From Desulfobacterales bacterium (GTDB lineage: Bacteria; Desulfobacterota; Desulfobacteria; Desulfobacterales; UBA2245), in NCBI GenBank assembly GCA_040771865.1, contig JAXGZF010000003.1:558001-585094 (forward strand): a stretch of DNA of 27,094 nucleotides, given 5' to 3'. Below the pieces are notes generated by a model, which did not search any database, was not told the DNA's origin, and saw only the letters and a list, made by a program, of their open reading frames with translations. The stretch's first letter is position 1, and each line of letters begins with the position of its first letter. Of the stretch, positions 17,250 to 27,094 are shown one piece after another. The position numbers and the translations under genes are program-made.

Positions 17250-17475
17250 GCTTATGACTCCGGGCGTTAAACAAGTTTTCATCCACTTGATTTTTAAGGG
17301 TCATTTGTGCTTGACATTTTTTACTCGCAGCCTATAAGAATATTTTCTTGGAATCAAACGGGGACGATTGCCGGGCATATGCGTTAGTGGTCTCAAGCGG
17401 CTGTCTGGGACAGGCTGAGAGAAACGGACGGTCGCAAGGGTCGCCGCAATTACAGAATCAAAAGGAAGCCGATTC

Positions 17476-18801
17476 ATGAATCCGCTTGCAAAGCAACTCA
17501 ACCAAATCATTGAGCAAGCCAACCCGCATATCGTTGAGATGCTCTCCGAAATGGGAGAAAAATTCTTTTTTCCCAAGGGGATACTGGACCAGAGCGCCGA
17601 GGCCAAGGAAGGGGCGTATAAACTCAACGCGACCATCGGCATCGCCCTGGAGGCGGGTCAGATCATGTATCTGAATTCCACGCGGGAAGCGCTTGGAACC
17701 ATGAGCCCGGAAGAATCTCTGACCTATGCGCCTTCCTTCGGCATTCAGACTTTGAGAAAAGCCTGGCGCGACCTGATGCTGAAAAAAAATCCAACCTTGA
17801 AAACCAGAACGTTCAGCATGCCGGTGGTGACTTCCGGAATTACCCACGCGATCAGCACCTTTGCCGATCTATGGGTCGATCCGGAGGATGTGGTGGTTTT
17901 TCCGGACATGATCTGGGGAAATTACGATCTGATATTTTCGATTCGAAAATGCGCCGTGATTCACAAGTATCCCATGTTCACCGACGATTGCCGTTTCAAT
18001 CTGGCGGCTTTCGCCCAGACTCTGGAAGATCTGGCCAGGGTGAACACCAAGCTGATCGTGTTTTTGAATTTCCCCAACAATCCGACGGGCTATACGCTGT
18101 CTGAAACCGAGGGCGATGCGGTCGTCGAGATACTGACCCGGCTCGCCCGGCAGGGGACCAACATCATCGCGGTTTTCGACGATGCGTATTTCGGGCTTTT
18201 CTATGAACCCGACACGCTGAAGGAATCCCTGTTTTCCCGAATCTGCCAGCAGCATTCCAGACTGATGGGCGTCAAACTCGACGGCGCCAGCAAGGAGATT
18301 TTCGCCTGGGGTCTGCGCATCGGTTTTATCACCTATGGCTGCACGGTTGAGGGGGATCCCTCTGCAGTATACCAGGCGCTTGAAAAGAAAACCGCCGGCT
18401 GCATTCGGTCATCCATTTCCAATGCCTCTCATATGGGCCAGTCCATTGTGCTCAGATCCATTGAGAGCCGGGAGTTCGATGATGAGATCCGACGAAAATT
18501 CACCATCCTGAAAAGCCGGGCGGAATATGTCAAACAGATTTCGCGCGACTCGAAATACCAGGAGGTATGGGATGTCTATCCATTTAATTCCGGGTATTTC
18601 ATGTGCCTGCGGCTCAAAACGGTCCATGCCGAAAACCTGCGCCAGCATCTGCTGGAACATTATGGAGTCGGCCTGATTTCCATGGGAGACAGGGACCTTC
18701 GAATCGCCTTTTCCTGCCTGGAAAAAGACCAGATTCCAATGCTGTTCGAAATTATTTTTCAGGGGATTCAGGATCTGGCTTCCAGCGCGCGCCCGTTTTG
18801 A
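17476..18801 (+). CDS. PLP-dependent aminotransferase class I/II
   Basis: NATIG, LNFPNNPTGY, DDAYFG, PLP-Lys region KLDGASKEIFAWGLRIGF, LRIAFS. Substrate not assignable. Confidence 0.9.
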   Translation: MNPLAKQLNQIIEQANPHIVEMLSEMGEKFFFPKGILDQSAEAKEGAYKLNATIGIALEAGQIMYLNSTREALGTMSPEESLTYAPSFGIQTLRKAWRDLMLKKNPTLKTRTFSMPVVTSGITHAISTFADLWVDPEDVVVFPDMIWGNYDLIFSIRKCAVIHKYPMFTDDCRFNLAAFAQTLEDLARVNTKLIVFLNFPNNPTGYTLSETEGDAVVEILTRLARQGTNIIAVFDDAYFGLFYEPDTLKESLFSRICQQHSRLMGVKLDGASKEIFAWGLRIGFITYGCTVEGDPSAVYQALEKKTAGCIRSSISNASHMGQSIVLRSIESREFDDEIRRKFTILKSRAEYVKQISRDSKYQEVWDVYPFNSGYFMCLRLKTVHAENLRQHLLEHYGVGLISMGDRDLRIAFSCLEKDQIPMLFEIIFQGIQDLASSARPF

Positions 18802-18859
18802 ATCACCGGAAATACCTTTCAATTCCGCTTTCTGAAGGCAGAAGCCGGAAACTGCGAAA

Positions 18860-20680
18860 ATGACGGAATCGAGTGCAGAAAAAGGAGTTGCCGGAATTTT
18901 AAGGCGGGTCTTATCGTTTGATCTCGCCCATGCCGGAAAATGGACCGTCTATTTTGTCCTAATCGGAATTATCGCCGGACTTGGGTCTATTGTCTTTCAC
19001 TACCTTTGCCAACTCGGTGTCCATTACTTCATGGACATGATTGCTGGCTACCGCCCTCCGGCACCGGCTGGAGAACACCACCTGCTGCAACCCACCAGCC
19101 GTGTCTTCAATCGGTGGCTTCTTCTCTTTTTGCCCGCATGCGGCGGCATCGTCAGTGGTTGGCTTGTTTACACATTTGCTCCGGAAGCCGAAGGACATGG
19201 AACTGACGCTGCCATCGACGCCTATCACCGGAAAGGCGGGTTTATACGTGGCCGCGTACCGGTGATTAAAACCATTGCATCGGCCATTACGCTGACCACC
19301 GGTGGCTCGGGGGGAAGAGAGGGGCCGATCGCACAGATTGGCGCCGGTTTCGGTTCTTTTCTGGCCACGCGGTTGAAGCTGTCCGACCGGGAGCGCCGCA
19401 TCATGATGGCGGCGGGCGTCGGCGCCGGTGTTGGTTCCATCTTTCGGGCGCCGCTTGCCGGCGCTCTGTTTGCCGCCGAGGTCCTTTATCGGGATCCTGA
19501 ATTCGAATCCGAAGTGATCATCCCGGCCGGGATTTCCTCGGTGGTCGCCTACTGCCTGTTCTGCTTGGTTTTTGGATGGGGCTCGCTGTTTGAATCCCCG
19601 GGCTTTGTTTTCCGAAACCCCCTGGAGCTGGGCCCCTATCTGGTACTCGCACTGGTGCTTGCGGCCACCGGCGCCTTCTACGTCAAATCTTTTTACGGCG
19701 TTTCACGGCTGTTTAAGAAGATCCGGATACCGAACCACATCAAGCCGGCCATCGGGGGGCTGTGTACCGGTATTATCGGTTTTTTCCTGCCTCAGACCCT
19801 TTCCTTCGGGTACGGATTCGCCCAGATGGCGATTCACAATGAGCTGACCGTAACTTTTTTGTTCACCCTGGCCATCGGCAAGGTGGTTACCACCTCTTTT
19901 TCCATCGGTTCCGGCGGCAGCGGCGGTGTGTTCGGCCCGTCGGTGGTGATCGGCGGGGCCATGGGAGGGGCCGTGGGCCAGATCTTCCACGACATCATGC
20001 CGGGGGTGGTGACAGAGCCGGGAGCTTTTGTTGTGGTAGGCATGGCCGGCTTTTTCACTGCGGTTTCCAACACCCCGATTTCGACCATTATTTTTGTCAG
20101 TGAAATGACCAACTCCTATCATCTGCTGCTGCCCAGCCTGCTCGTATGCTCAGTGGCCTATCTTGCCTCTCAACGCTGGACGATTTATGCGCGGCAGGTC
20201 AAAAGCAGAATCGATTCGCCGGCGCATGCCGGGGAATTTTTCGTGGACATTCTTCAGGCCATTCATGTCCGGGACCTGATGCCGCTGGTTAAGAAGGTGG
20301 AGCTGATTCCGCAGGACATGACCTTTCGGGAATTCAAAACCTATTTTTCAGAAACCAAACAGCATTATTTCCCCGTGATGGATCATGGAAAACGCCTGAT
20401 CGGCATCTTTTCCAGCACGGATATTCGAGCCGTGCTGTTCAGCTCCGATATCGAGAACCTGGTGGTAATGAGGGACATCGCCACCTTGGACATCATCGCG
20501 ACCACGCCCTCGGAGGATCTGAATTCGGTGCTGCAAAAATTCACCATTAAAAACATCGACAGCCTTCCGGTGGTCTCGGATGCGGATTCGGGCGTTCTGA
20601 TCGGCATGATCAACCGAAGGGAGGTCATCTCCTTTTACAACCAGCGCCTTCTGGAGATGAAGCATCAGGCCATGGCATAA
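18860..20680 (+). CDS. ClC-family chloride channel/transporter with C-terminal CBS pair
   Basis: APEAEGHG, GGSGGREGP, FRAPLAGALF, GGSGGVFGP, VSEMT; CBS motifs YFPVMD..LIGI and LPVV..LIGMI. Confidence 0.93.
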   Translation: MTESSAEKGVAGILRRVLSFDLAHAGKWTVYFVLIGIIAGLGSIVFHYLCQLGVHYFMDMIAGYRPPAPAGEHHLLQPTSRVFNRWLLLFLPACGGIVSGWLVYTFAPEAEGHGTDAAIDAYHRKGGFIRGRVPVIKTIASAITLTTGGSGGREGPIAQIGAGFGSFLATRLKLSDRERRIMMAAGVGAGVGSIFRAPLAGALFAAEVLYRDPEFESEVIIPAGISSVVAYCLFCLVFGWGSLFESPGFVFRNPLELGPYLVLALVLAATGAFYVKSFYGVSRLFKKIRIPNHIKPAIGGLCTGIIGFFLPQTLSFGYGFAQMAIHNELTVTFLFTLAIGKVVTTSFSIGSGGSGGVFGPSVVIGGAMGGAVGQIFHDIMPGVVTEPGAFVVVGMAGFFTAVSNTPISTIIFVSEMTNSYHLLLPSLLVCSVAYLASQRWTIYARQVKSRIDSPAHAGEFFVDILQAIHVRDLMPLVKKVELIPQDMTFREFKTYFSETKQHYFPVMDHGKRLIGIFSSTDIRAVLFSSDIENLVVMRDIATLDIIATTPSEDLNSVLQKFTIKNIDSLPVVSDADSGVLIGMINRREVISFYNQRLLEMKHQAMA

Positions 20681-20697
20681 ACGGCGGTCATTTGAGG

Positions 20698-21438
20698 TCA
20701 GTACTGAACGCCCATCAGAAAAAGCCCTTGAGCCGGCGCGGTGGGTCCGGCCATTTCGCGGTTCCGGCTTTGAAGCAGCGCTTCGACCGCGTTTGAAGAA
20801 AGCCTGCCCAGACCGACGGCAACCAGAGTGCCGACGATGTTTCTCACCATGAATTTCAGAAACCCATTGGCCTGAATTTCAAATACGACAAATCGATCAT
20901 CGGGTTTATGAATTTCGGCGCGATAGACGGAACGAATGGTATGGGCCCGCGGGCTGCCTGCGCCTTCAAAGGATTTGAAATCGCGGGTGCCTTCAAGATA
21001 CGTTGCCGCCTGCCGCATGGCGTTCAGGTCAAGCGTCTTTCGAATATGCCAGTGATATTGCCGGCCGACGGCCGAGCCCACGGGAGCATTGAGAATCCTG
21101 TATTGATAGGTTTTGCTTCTGGCGTCGAACCGGGCGTGAAATTTCGAGTCCGCCTCCCGGCATTCCCGGATCACGATATCCGAAGGCAGCAGACCATTCA
21201 GCCCTTTTTGAACCGTTTCGGCCGTCAGGCGGGTGTCGCACCGGAAATTGGCCGTCTGACCCAGGGCATGGACGCCTGCGTCGGTCCGGCCCGATCCGGT
21301 CAGGCGGATTTTCTGACCTGTCATAAGGTTCAGAGCGGTTTCGATGGTTTCCTGAATCGTGGGCAGGGCGATTTGCCGCTGCCAGCCGTGGTAATGCGTG
21401 CCGTCGTATTCTATGATGAGTCTGAAATTCTTTTCCAT
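20698..21438 (-). CDS. truA: tRNA pseudouridine(38-40) synthase
   Basis: YDGTHYHGWQ, GRTDAGVHALGQ, FHARF, GFLKFMVRNIVG, TAPAQGL. Confidence 0.96.
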   Translation of the reverse strand: MEKNFRLIIEYDGTHYHGWQRQIALPTIQETIETALNLMTGQKIRLTGSGRTDAGVHALGQTANFRCDTRLTAETVQKGLNGLLPSDIVIRECREADSKFHARFDARSKTYQYRILNAPVGSAVGRQYHWHIRKTLDLNAMRQAATYLEGTRDFKSFEGAGSPRAHTIRSVYRAEIHKPDDRFVVFEIQANGFLKFMVRNIVGTLVAVGLGRLSSNAVEALLQSRNREMAGPTAPAQGLFLMGVQY

Positions 21439-21664
21439 GCCGATTGCTGTCCGTCGAAGCCTCTAATTTTGCAGCCGATTCCGATGCTTGAAGGCTTGCA
21501 GATTGACAATATTCGACGATTCTGTCAAATGAATTCGAGTTCATCGGACCGGGGCTGTTTTTGACAAAGATCGCCGACGCGGACAAGTCGCGTCTTCAAC
21601 GGAATCCGGCGTAAAGTAGTTCTAACATGCTGTTTTGATTGAATGCGACCAGTGAGGGTTGAAT

Positions 21665-22849
21665 ATGAAAGATACGATGTGCAAGGGATTTAAGGCTGCG
21701 GGCATTGCCTGCGGATTGAAAAAGACAAAAGCCGGGGATCTGGGCCTGATCGTATCCGAGGTTACGGCGAAAGCTGCCGCCGTGTTTACGAAGAACAGGG
21801 TGCAGGCCGCTCCGGTGCTGCTGGATAAGGAGCGTATTCAAGGTGGAATGTGTCAGGCGATTATCGTCAACAGCGGCAATGCCAACTGCTGCACGGGTCA
21901 GCAGGGGCTGGAGGATGCCCGGACCATGGCAAGGGCCGCCGCCGATGCGCTGGGCATTGCCGAGAACCTGGTTCTGACGGCTTCCACCGGCGTGATCGGA
22001 GCGCCGTTGCCGGTCGAGAAGATTCAGGCCGTGATGCCGGAACTGATTCAGGGCCTGTCTGCCGATGGAATTCATGAGGTTGCACGGGCCATCATGACCA
22101 CGGATACGGTTCCCAAGATTGTTTTCAGAAAGGGCCGTCTGAACGGCCGCGAGTTCGCCCTCATGGCGCTGGCCAAGGGCGCGGGCATGATCCGTCCGGA
22201 TATGGCCACCATGCTGTGCTTTGCCTGCACGGACGTTTCGGCTTCGCCTCAGTTTCTGCAGAAAGCCCTGGTTCAGGCTTGCGACCGGTCGTTCAACCGG
22301 ATCACCATCGACGGAGATACCAGCACCAACGATACGGTGATTCTGATGGCCAACGGCATGTCCGAAGCCGAAATTCAAACTCCGGCCCATGAGGCGGTAT
22401 TTCAGAAAATTCTCGACGAGGCGCTGCTGGCTTTGGCCAGAATGATCGTCAAGGACGGAGAAGGCGCCACGAAACTGGTTGAAATCTTGGTTCGAGGCGC
22501 GGCCGATGACGCGGACGCCCGGCGTGTGGCTGATGCGGTGGCCCATTCAAATCTGGTCAAAACCGCGCTGTTCGGAGAAGACGCCAACTGGGGACGAATT
22601 CTGGCTGCCGCCGGCCGATCCGGCGCCCGCATGATTCCGGAAAAGACGGATCTGTATTTCGATTCGGTTCAGATGGTGAAACAGGGCTTCGGGTGCGGAG
22701 CAAAAGCCGAGGAACTCGCCACGGCGGTTTTAAAAACTCCTGAATTTTCCATTACGCTGGATTTGAATATCGGCCAGGGATCGGCCTCGATGCTGACCTG
22801 CGATTTTTCCATCGATTATGTCAAGATCAACGCCGATTACCGGTCCTGA
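21665..22849 (+). CDS. argJ: Glutamate N-acetyltransferase / ornithine acetyltransferase
   Basis: VFTKNRVQAAP, NSGNANCCTG, STGVIG, IMTTDT, KGAGMIRPDMA|TML (autoproteolysis site), DGDTSTND, DGEGATK, INADYRS. Confidence 0.96.
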   Translation: MKDTMCKGFKAAGIACGLKKTKAGDLGLIVSEVTAKAAAVFTKNRVQAAPVLLDKERIQGGMCQAIIVNSGNANCCTGQQGLEDARTMARAAADALGIAENLVLTASTGVIGAPLPVEKIQAVMPELIQGLSADGIHEVARAIMTTDTVPKIVFRKGRLNGREFALMALAKGAGMIRPDMATMLCFACTDVSASPQFLQKALVQACDRSFNRITIDGDTSTNDTVILMANGMSEAEIQTPAHEAVFQKILDEALLALARMIVKDGEGATKLVEILVRGAADDADARRVADAVAHSNLVKTALFGEDANWGRILAAAGRSGARMIPEKTDLYFDSVQMVKQGFGCGAKAEELATAVLKTPEFSITLDLNIGQGSASMLTCDFSIDYVKINADYRS

Positions 22850-22854
22850 GAATC

Positions 22855-23556
22855 ATGGCCCTGATGCGGTTGCAGAAATTCCTTTCCCGGGCCGGAGTCT
22901 GCTCGCGGCGGCTGGGGGAAACCTATATTCTTGAAGGCCGGGTTCAGGTGAACGGAAAGATCGTCAACACCCTCGGGACCAGGGTGGATCCGGACGCGGA
23001 TCGAGTTCTGGTGGACGGAAAACCGGCGGTTCTGAAGCGGCAGATGATTTACATCGCGTTGAACAAGCCTTCGGGCTATGTGACCACCTGCAGCCAGGCC
23101 GGAGAACCGATTGTTCTGAATCTGGTTGATATCGGCGAGCGTGTTTACCCGGTAGGACGTCTGGATCGGGATTCCACCGGGCTGCTGCTGCTCACCAATG
23201 ACGGCAGAATCCATCACCGTTTGTCTCATCCGTCTTTTGACCATGAAAAAGAATACGAGGTAACGCTGGCAGAGCCGATTTCCGACGGCGCGCTTCAGAA
23301 ATTGGCCGCAGGACTTCCCATGATGGGAACGCGAACCCGGCCGGCCGAGGTCCGCCGGATATCGGCCCGGCGATTTGTCATTGTGCTCAGGGAGGGCCGA
23401 AACCGCCAGATTCGCAGAATGGTCAGAAAGGTCGGGGGCCGGGTGACCGTCCTCAGGCGCACCCGCATCGCCAACATCCTGCTGGGAGATCTGCCGGAAG
23501 GCCGGTGGCGGCATCTGAGCGAGGCGGAGGTGAAAACTCTGACCCAAGGTCTCTGA
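22855..23556 (+). CDS. rRNA pseudouridine synthase, RsuA/RluB/E/F family, with S4 domain
   Basis: RLQKFLSRAGVCSRR, LNKPSG, VGRLDRDSTGLLLLTNDG, EGRNRQIRRM. Confidence 0.93.
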   Translation: MALMRLQKFLSRAGVCSRRLGETYILEGRVQVNGKIVNTLGTRVDPDADRVLVDGKPAVLKRQMIYIALNKPSGYVTTCSQAGEPIVLNLVDIGERVYPVGRLDRDSTGLLLLTNDGRIHHRLSHPSFDHEKEYEVTLAEPISDGALQKLAAGLPMMGTRTRPAEVRRISARRFVIVLREGRNRQIRRMVRKVGGRVTVLRRTRIANILLGDLPEGRWRHLSEAEVKTLTQGL

Positions 23557-23604
23557 AACGCGGCGCAAAGAAAATCCGGCCCGATCTTTCAGCGATTTTC
23601 AATT

Positions 23605-26088
23605 TTACTTCTTGAAATCATCATTCAGAGGCTGAACGTTCCACACCCTGCTTGCGTATTCCAGCACGGCGCGATCGCTGGAAAACCGGCCCATATTGGC
23701 CGAGTTGAGTATCGATCGCCGGGTCCATTCATGCGGGTTATTATAGAGCTGATCCACCTTTGCCTGGGCCTCGAGGTACGGCCGGTAATCGGCCATGACC
23801 ATATACTTGTCGCGGCCGAGCAGTTCATCGCAGATGGGGGCGAACAACCTGGAATTGTCCGGCGAGAAATGGCCCGAATATAACTGGTCAATCGCTTTTT
23901 TGAGTTCCGGGTCGCTTTCATAGATCTGATGCGGGCGATATCCGGACGCTTTCAGATCGACGACTTCTTTCGCGTTGAGGCCGAAAATGAAAATGTTGTC
24001 CTTGCCCACCGCTTCCATGATTTCGATATTTGCGCCGTCAAGCGTGCCGATGGTCAGGGCGTCGTTGAGGGCGAATTTCATGTTTCCCGTTCCCGAGGCT
24101 TCCATGCCTGCCATGGATATCTGCTGGGACAGGTCGGCGGCAGGAACCAGTTTTTCCGCCTGGGAGACGCAGTAGTTGGGCAGAAAAACCACCTTCAGAC
24201 CCCTGATTTCCGGGTCGTTGTTGACGACATCCGCCACGGAGTTGATCAGCTTGATGATGAGTTTTGCACGGGCGTATCCGGGCGCTGCCTTTCCGGCGAA
24301 AATCACGGTTCTGGGAACGATGGGGAGATCCGGGTTATTCTTGATCCGGTTGTACAGGGTAATGACGTGAAGGACATTGAGAAGCTGGCGTTTATATTCA
24401 TGAATACGCTTGGCCTGAACATCGAACATGGAGGCCGGATCGATTTTCATGCCTGTCCTGCGCAGGATATATTTGGCCAGATGGTTCTTGTTGACTTTTT
24501 TTACCTCCTGACATGCCTCTCGGAAAGCGCTGTCCCTGCTCAGGGGAACCAGTTTTTTGAGCTGTCTCAGGTCGCGGATCCAGTCTTTTCCAAGCATCGA
24601 TGAAATGAGGCGCGACAGATTCGGGTTGGCCTGAAGCAGCCAGCGCCGGGGAGTGATGCCGTTGGTGATGTTGATGATGCGGTCCGGAAAAAACGCATCA
24701 AATTCCTTGAAAATGGAGTTTTTCAGAATGCGGGTGTGCAGCTCGGCCACGCCGTTGACCTTGTGGCTGCCGACAATCGCCAGATGGGCCATGCGAACGC
24801 GCTTTTCAGCTCCTTCCTGAACCAGAGACAGCCTGGCCTGCATATCCACATCGCCGGGATGCCGGCGTTCGATTTCTTCGAGAAACCGGCGGTTGATTTC
24901 AAAGATAATTTCCAGATGCCTTGGCAGGACTCTGCTTAACAACTCAACCGGCCATGTTTCCAGGGCTTCCGGCAGGATGGTGTGATTGGTGTAGGCGAAC
25001 GTGCGCACACAGATGTTCCAGGCCTCATCCCATCCCATTTTTTCTTCATCCATGAGCAGCCGCATCAACTCGGGAATGCTGATGCTTGGATGGGTGTCGT
25101 TCAGATGAACGGCGACAAGATCGGGAAAAGCGGAGAACGGAACCTGTTTTTTCTTGAACCGGCGCATGATGTCCTGAAAGGTCGCGCAAACAAAGAAATA
25201 CTGCTGCTTGAGCCGCAGTTCCTTGTTCTTCTCAACCTCGTCGCTGGGATACAGGACCTTGGATATGTTTTCGCTGATAACCTTGCTCTCCATGGCGCCC
25301 ATGTAATCCCCGACATTGAATTCTTCGAGATTGAATTCCCGGCTGGAGACCGCGGACCAGAGACGCATGTTGTTGACGTTCTCGTTGCCGTAGCCCGGAA
25401 TGAAAACATCGCATGCCATGGCCATGACGTTTTCCGTGTCCACCCAGCGGCGCCGCAGTTTGCCGTCGTTATCCTTGTAGCCTTCGGCTCTTCCGTAATA
25501 GCGGACTTCATAAAGGTAGCCGGGACGCTTGATCTCCCACGGGCTTCCCTGACGGAGCCAGTTGTCGCAGCGTTCCACCTGGTATCCGTTGACGATGGTC
25601 TGAAAGAAGATGCCGTAATCGTAATGAATTCCGTATCCGTAAGCCGGAATCTTAAGGGTGGCCATGGAGTCCATAAAGCAGGAGGCCAGCCTTCCCAGCC
25701 CGCCGTTTCCCAGGCCGGCGTCCCACTCTTCTTCTTCAAGGTCCTGAAGATCGAAGTCGAACTCTTCGAGCATCTCTTCGCATTCTTGTTCCAGCTGCAT
25801 GTTGATGATGTTGTTCATCAGAAAACGGCCGGGCAGAAATTCCATCGAAAGATAATACACCCGCTTGGAGGTGGCTTCATAGTATGCCCGCTGGGTTTTG
25901 ATCCACCGTTCGATCAGACGGTCCCGGACGCTGTATGCGACTCCCTTGAAATAGGTGTCTTTCCGGTGCGGCCAGTAATCATTTCCCAGCGTGGAGATGA
26001 TATGCCGCTGCATATCGTGCTTCAGAGATTTGGATCGAAGGACCCGCTTCAGTGACTTGTTGCTGGGATGCCCGTTGGGTTTGCTCAT
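23605..26088 (-). CDS. glgP: Glycogen/starch phosphorylase
   Basis: YLSMEFL, LGNGGLGRLASCF, HLNDTHP, YTNHT, KRIHEYKRQ, GKAAPGY and PLP site EASGTGNMK. Start ATG 26088 (alternative TTG 26103). Confidence 0.96.
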   Translation of the reverse strand: MSKPNGHPSNKSLKRVLRSKSLKHDMQRHIISTLGNDYWPHRKDTYFKGVAYSVRDRLIERWIKTQRAYYEATSKRVYYLSMEFLPGRFLMNNIINMQLEQECEEMLEEFDFDLQDLEEEEWDAGLGNGGLGRLASCFMDSMATLKIPAYGYGIHYDYGIFFQTIVNGYQVERCDNWLRQGSPWEIKRPGYLYEVRYYGRAEGYKDNDGKLRRRWVDTENVMAMACDVFIPGYGNENVNNMRLWSAVSSREFNLEEFNVGDYMGAMESKVISENISKVLYPSDEVEKNKELRLKQQYFFVCATFQDIMRRFKKKQVPFSAFPDLVAVHLNDTHPSISIPELMRLLMDEEKMGWDEAWNICVRTFAYTNHTILPEALETWPVELLSRVLPRHLEIIFEINRRFLEEIERRHPGDVDMQARLSLVQEGAEKRVRMAHLAIVGSHKVNGVAELHTRILKNSIFKEFDAFFPDRIINITNGITPRRWLLQANPNLSRLISSMLGKDWIRDLRQLKKLVPLSRDSAFREACQEVKKVNKNHLAKYILRRTGMKIDPASMFDVQAKRIHEYKRQLLNVLHVITLYNRIKNNPDLPIVPRTVIFAGKAAPGYARAKLIIKLINSVADVVNNDPEIRGLKVVFLPNYCVSQAEKLVPAADLSQQISMAGMEASGTGNMKFALNDALTIGTLDGANIEIMEAVGKDNIFIFGLNAKEVVDLKASGYRPHQIYESDPELKKAIDQLYSGHFSPDNSRLFAPICDELLGRDKYMVMADYRPYLEAQAKVDQLYNNPHEWTRRSILNSANMGRFSSDRAVLEYASRVWNVQPLNDDFKK

Positions 26089-26562
26089 AAGGCCCTCTTT
26101 CAATTCGGAATCGTTGAAAGTGCAAAAGAAATCTTTCCAGAATCATTGAACTTTACAGAATAAAAATCAAGGCAAAAACCGGAAATCCGGCGCTGCGTCA
26201 TGCGTTTTTGCCGATTCCGGTTTGAGATCGCCGGCCCGGCCGGTTCAGCGCCGGACTTGATTGCGGCGCATTCGGGAAGAAAGACGGTTTCGAAAAATAT
26301 GACTTCCACTGTAAGAAAATCTGGAATCGGGTGTCTATTGTTTGCATGATGAGCTGATCACAGCAAGCTGCCGGGTTCTGGGAGCAATGGCTCGTTCATG
26401 GTTACATATCCGGGCGAATTCGTTATATAAGGTATAGCTCACAAATTGTGGTGTATAAATTTTTCTTGACATTACATGCGGAATGGGAAAAGGAAACAAT
26501 TTGATGCATTCGCAAACCTTTGTTTGCAGAACTGCTTCTCTAACCGGCGGATAAAGTATTTT

Positions 26563-26982
26563 ATGCGCGCTGCCAGACACATTATCGGTTTCATGCTGAT
26601 TGCGTCATTGCTTGCTTCCGGCCTGCCTTATTCCAGCCCGGACGATGCGAGCCGGGGCCGGACAACCGACCTGCGGGACGCGATTTCGCTGGTCAGGGAA
26701 TTTACGCGTACGGCTGAAAATCCCGAGACTTTTGCGAGCAGTCTGAAAAAAACGATCTCAGCCTTCCATGAAATTGCCGGTTTGAAAACAACCGCCCTGA
26801 AGGCGAAGGATTCCGGCAAGCCGCCATTCACGCCAAATTTCGATCTGCCTTGTCTGCTGTCTTCAAATGGCATTTCTATTCCAGTAAATGACGGGACAAG
26901 GATATTTCAGTCATTATTTCATTTTCACTCCGTTATCAGTTCCCCCGCCTCGCCGCCTCCTGAAAAAAGCCCGGTTTGTTGA
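26563..26982 (+). CDS. Hypothetical protein with N-terminal signal/TM segment and Pro-rich C-terminus
   Basis: MRAARHIIGFMLIASLLASGLP (basic then hydrophobic), ending HSVISSPASPPPEKSPVC. No family recognised. Confidence 0.5.
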   Translation: MRAARHIIGFMLIASLLASGLPYSSPDDASRGRTTDLRDAISLVREFTRTAENPETFASSLKKTISAFHEIAGLKTTALKAKDSGKPPFTPNFDLPCLLSSNGISIPVNDGTRIFQSLFHFHSVISSPASPPPEKSPVC

Positions 26983-27031
26983 GCTTTTGCTTCGGCATTT
27001 GCAGGATTTTTTGCGGACTGCCCGCACTCAC

Positions 27032-27094
27032 TAACAGGCTGTTGAAAAACTGCGTCTGAGGCCACCATTCAGCGTTGCGCGGCTCTCGCCAATG
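27032..27094. repeat. Possible left end of a REP/MITE-like intergenic element, truncated by the window
   Basis: TAACAGGCTGTTGAAAAAC...GCGTTGCGCGG resembles termini of IS1182-like ends and small intergenic repeats as I recall them. No second copy or closing inverted repeat in the window. Confidence 0.35.

Noticed and set aside
17345..17475. Possible riboswitch upstream of the aminotransferase (contains GGCTGAGA, TPP-like)
   Set aside because: The remaining TPP core (ACCTGA..., TAATxC, AGGGA) is absent and there is no expression-platform terminator. An Rfam search would settle it.
26100..26580. Short minus-strand ORFs 26100..26309 and 26335..26580
   Set aside because: No motifs or convincing SD; more likely the glgP upstream and divergent promoter region.

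Overview
Gene-dense chromosomal window from an anaerobic Gram-negative bacterium, most likely Desulfobacterota. That assignment is inferred from the PxxKW protein, the HdrL/HdrA/HdrD set and Sec-type recoding. The main feature is a ~10.4-kb minus-strand operon (16430->6031). It encodes a four-subunit 2-oxoacid:ferredoxin oxidoreductase (delta-alpha-beta-gamma), translationally coupled to an HdrL-like protein whose HdrA flavin motifs look degenerate while its GltD/NfnB-like module is intact. An MvhD-HdrD fusion and an HdrA-MvhD fusion follow. The ORF track splits this last gene at an in-frame TGA (7840-7842) that sits at a conserved Cys position and is followed by a clear SECIS-like hairpin, so it is most likely one 808-aa selenoprotein. 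At the left end, an L,D-transpeptidase gene precedes a long Lpp/OprI-like lipoprotein with a C-terminal Lys and three Cys in coiled-coil core positions. The rest is mostly housekeeping: K+ channel (partial), ilvBN, hemerythrin, USP, PxxKW protein, class I/II aminotransferase, ClC-CBS, truA, argJ, an RluB-type synthase, glgP and one hypothetical exported protein. No rRNA, tRNA, CRISPR array or transposase was seen. All family calls come from motif recognition by eye; no searches were run.
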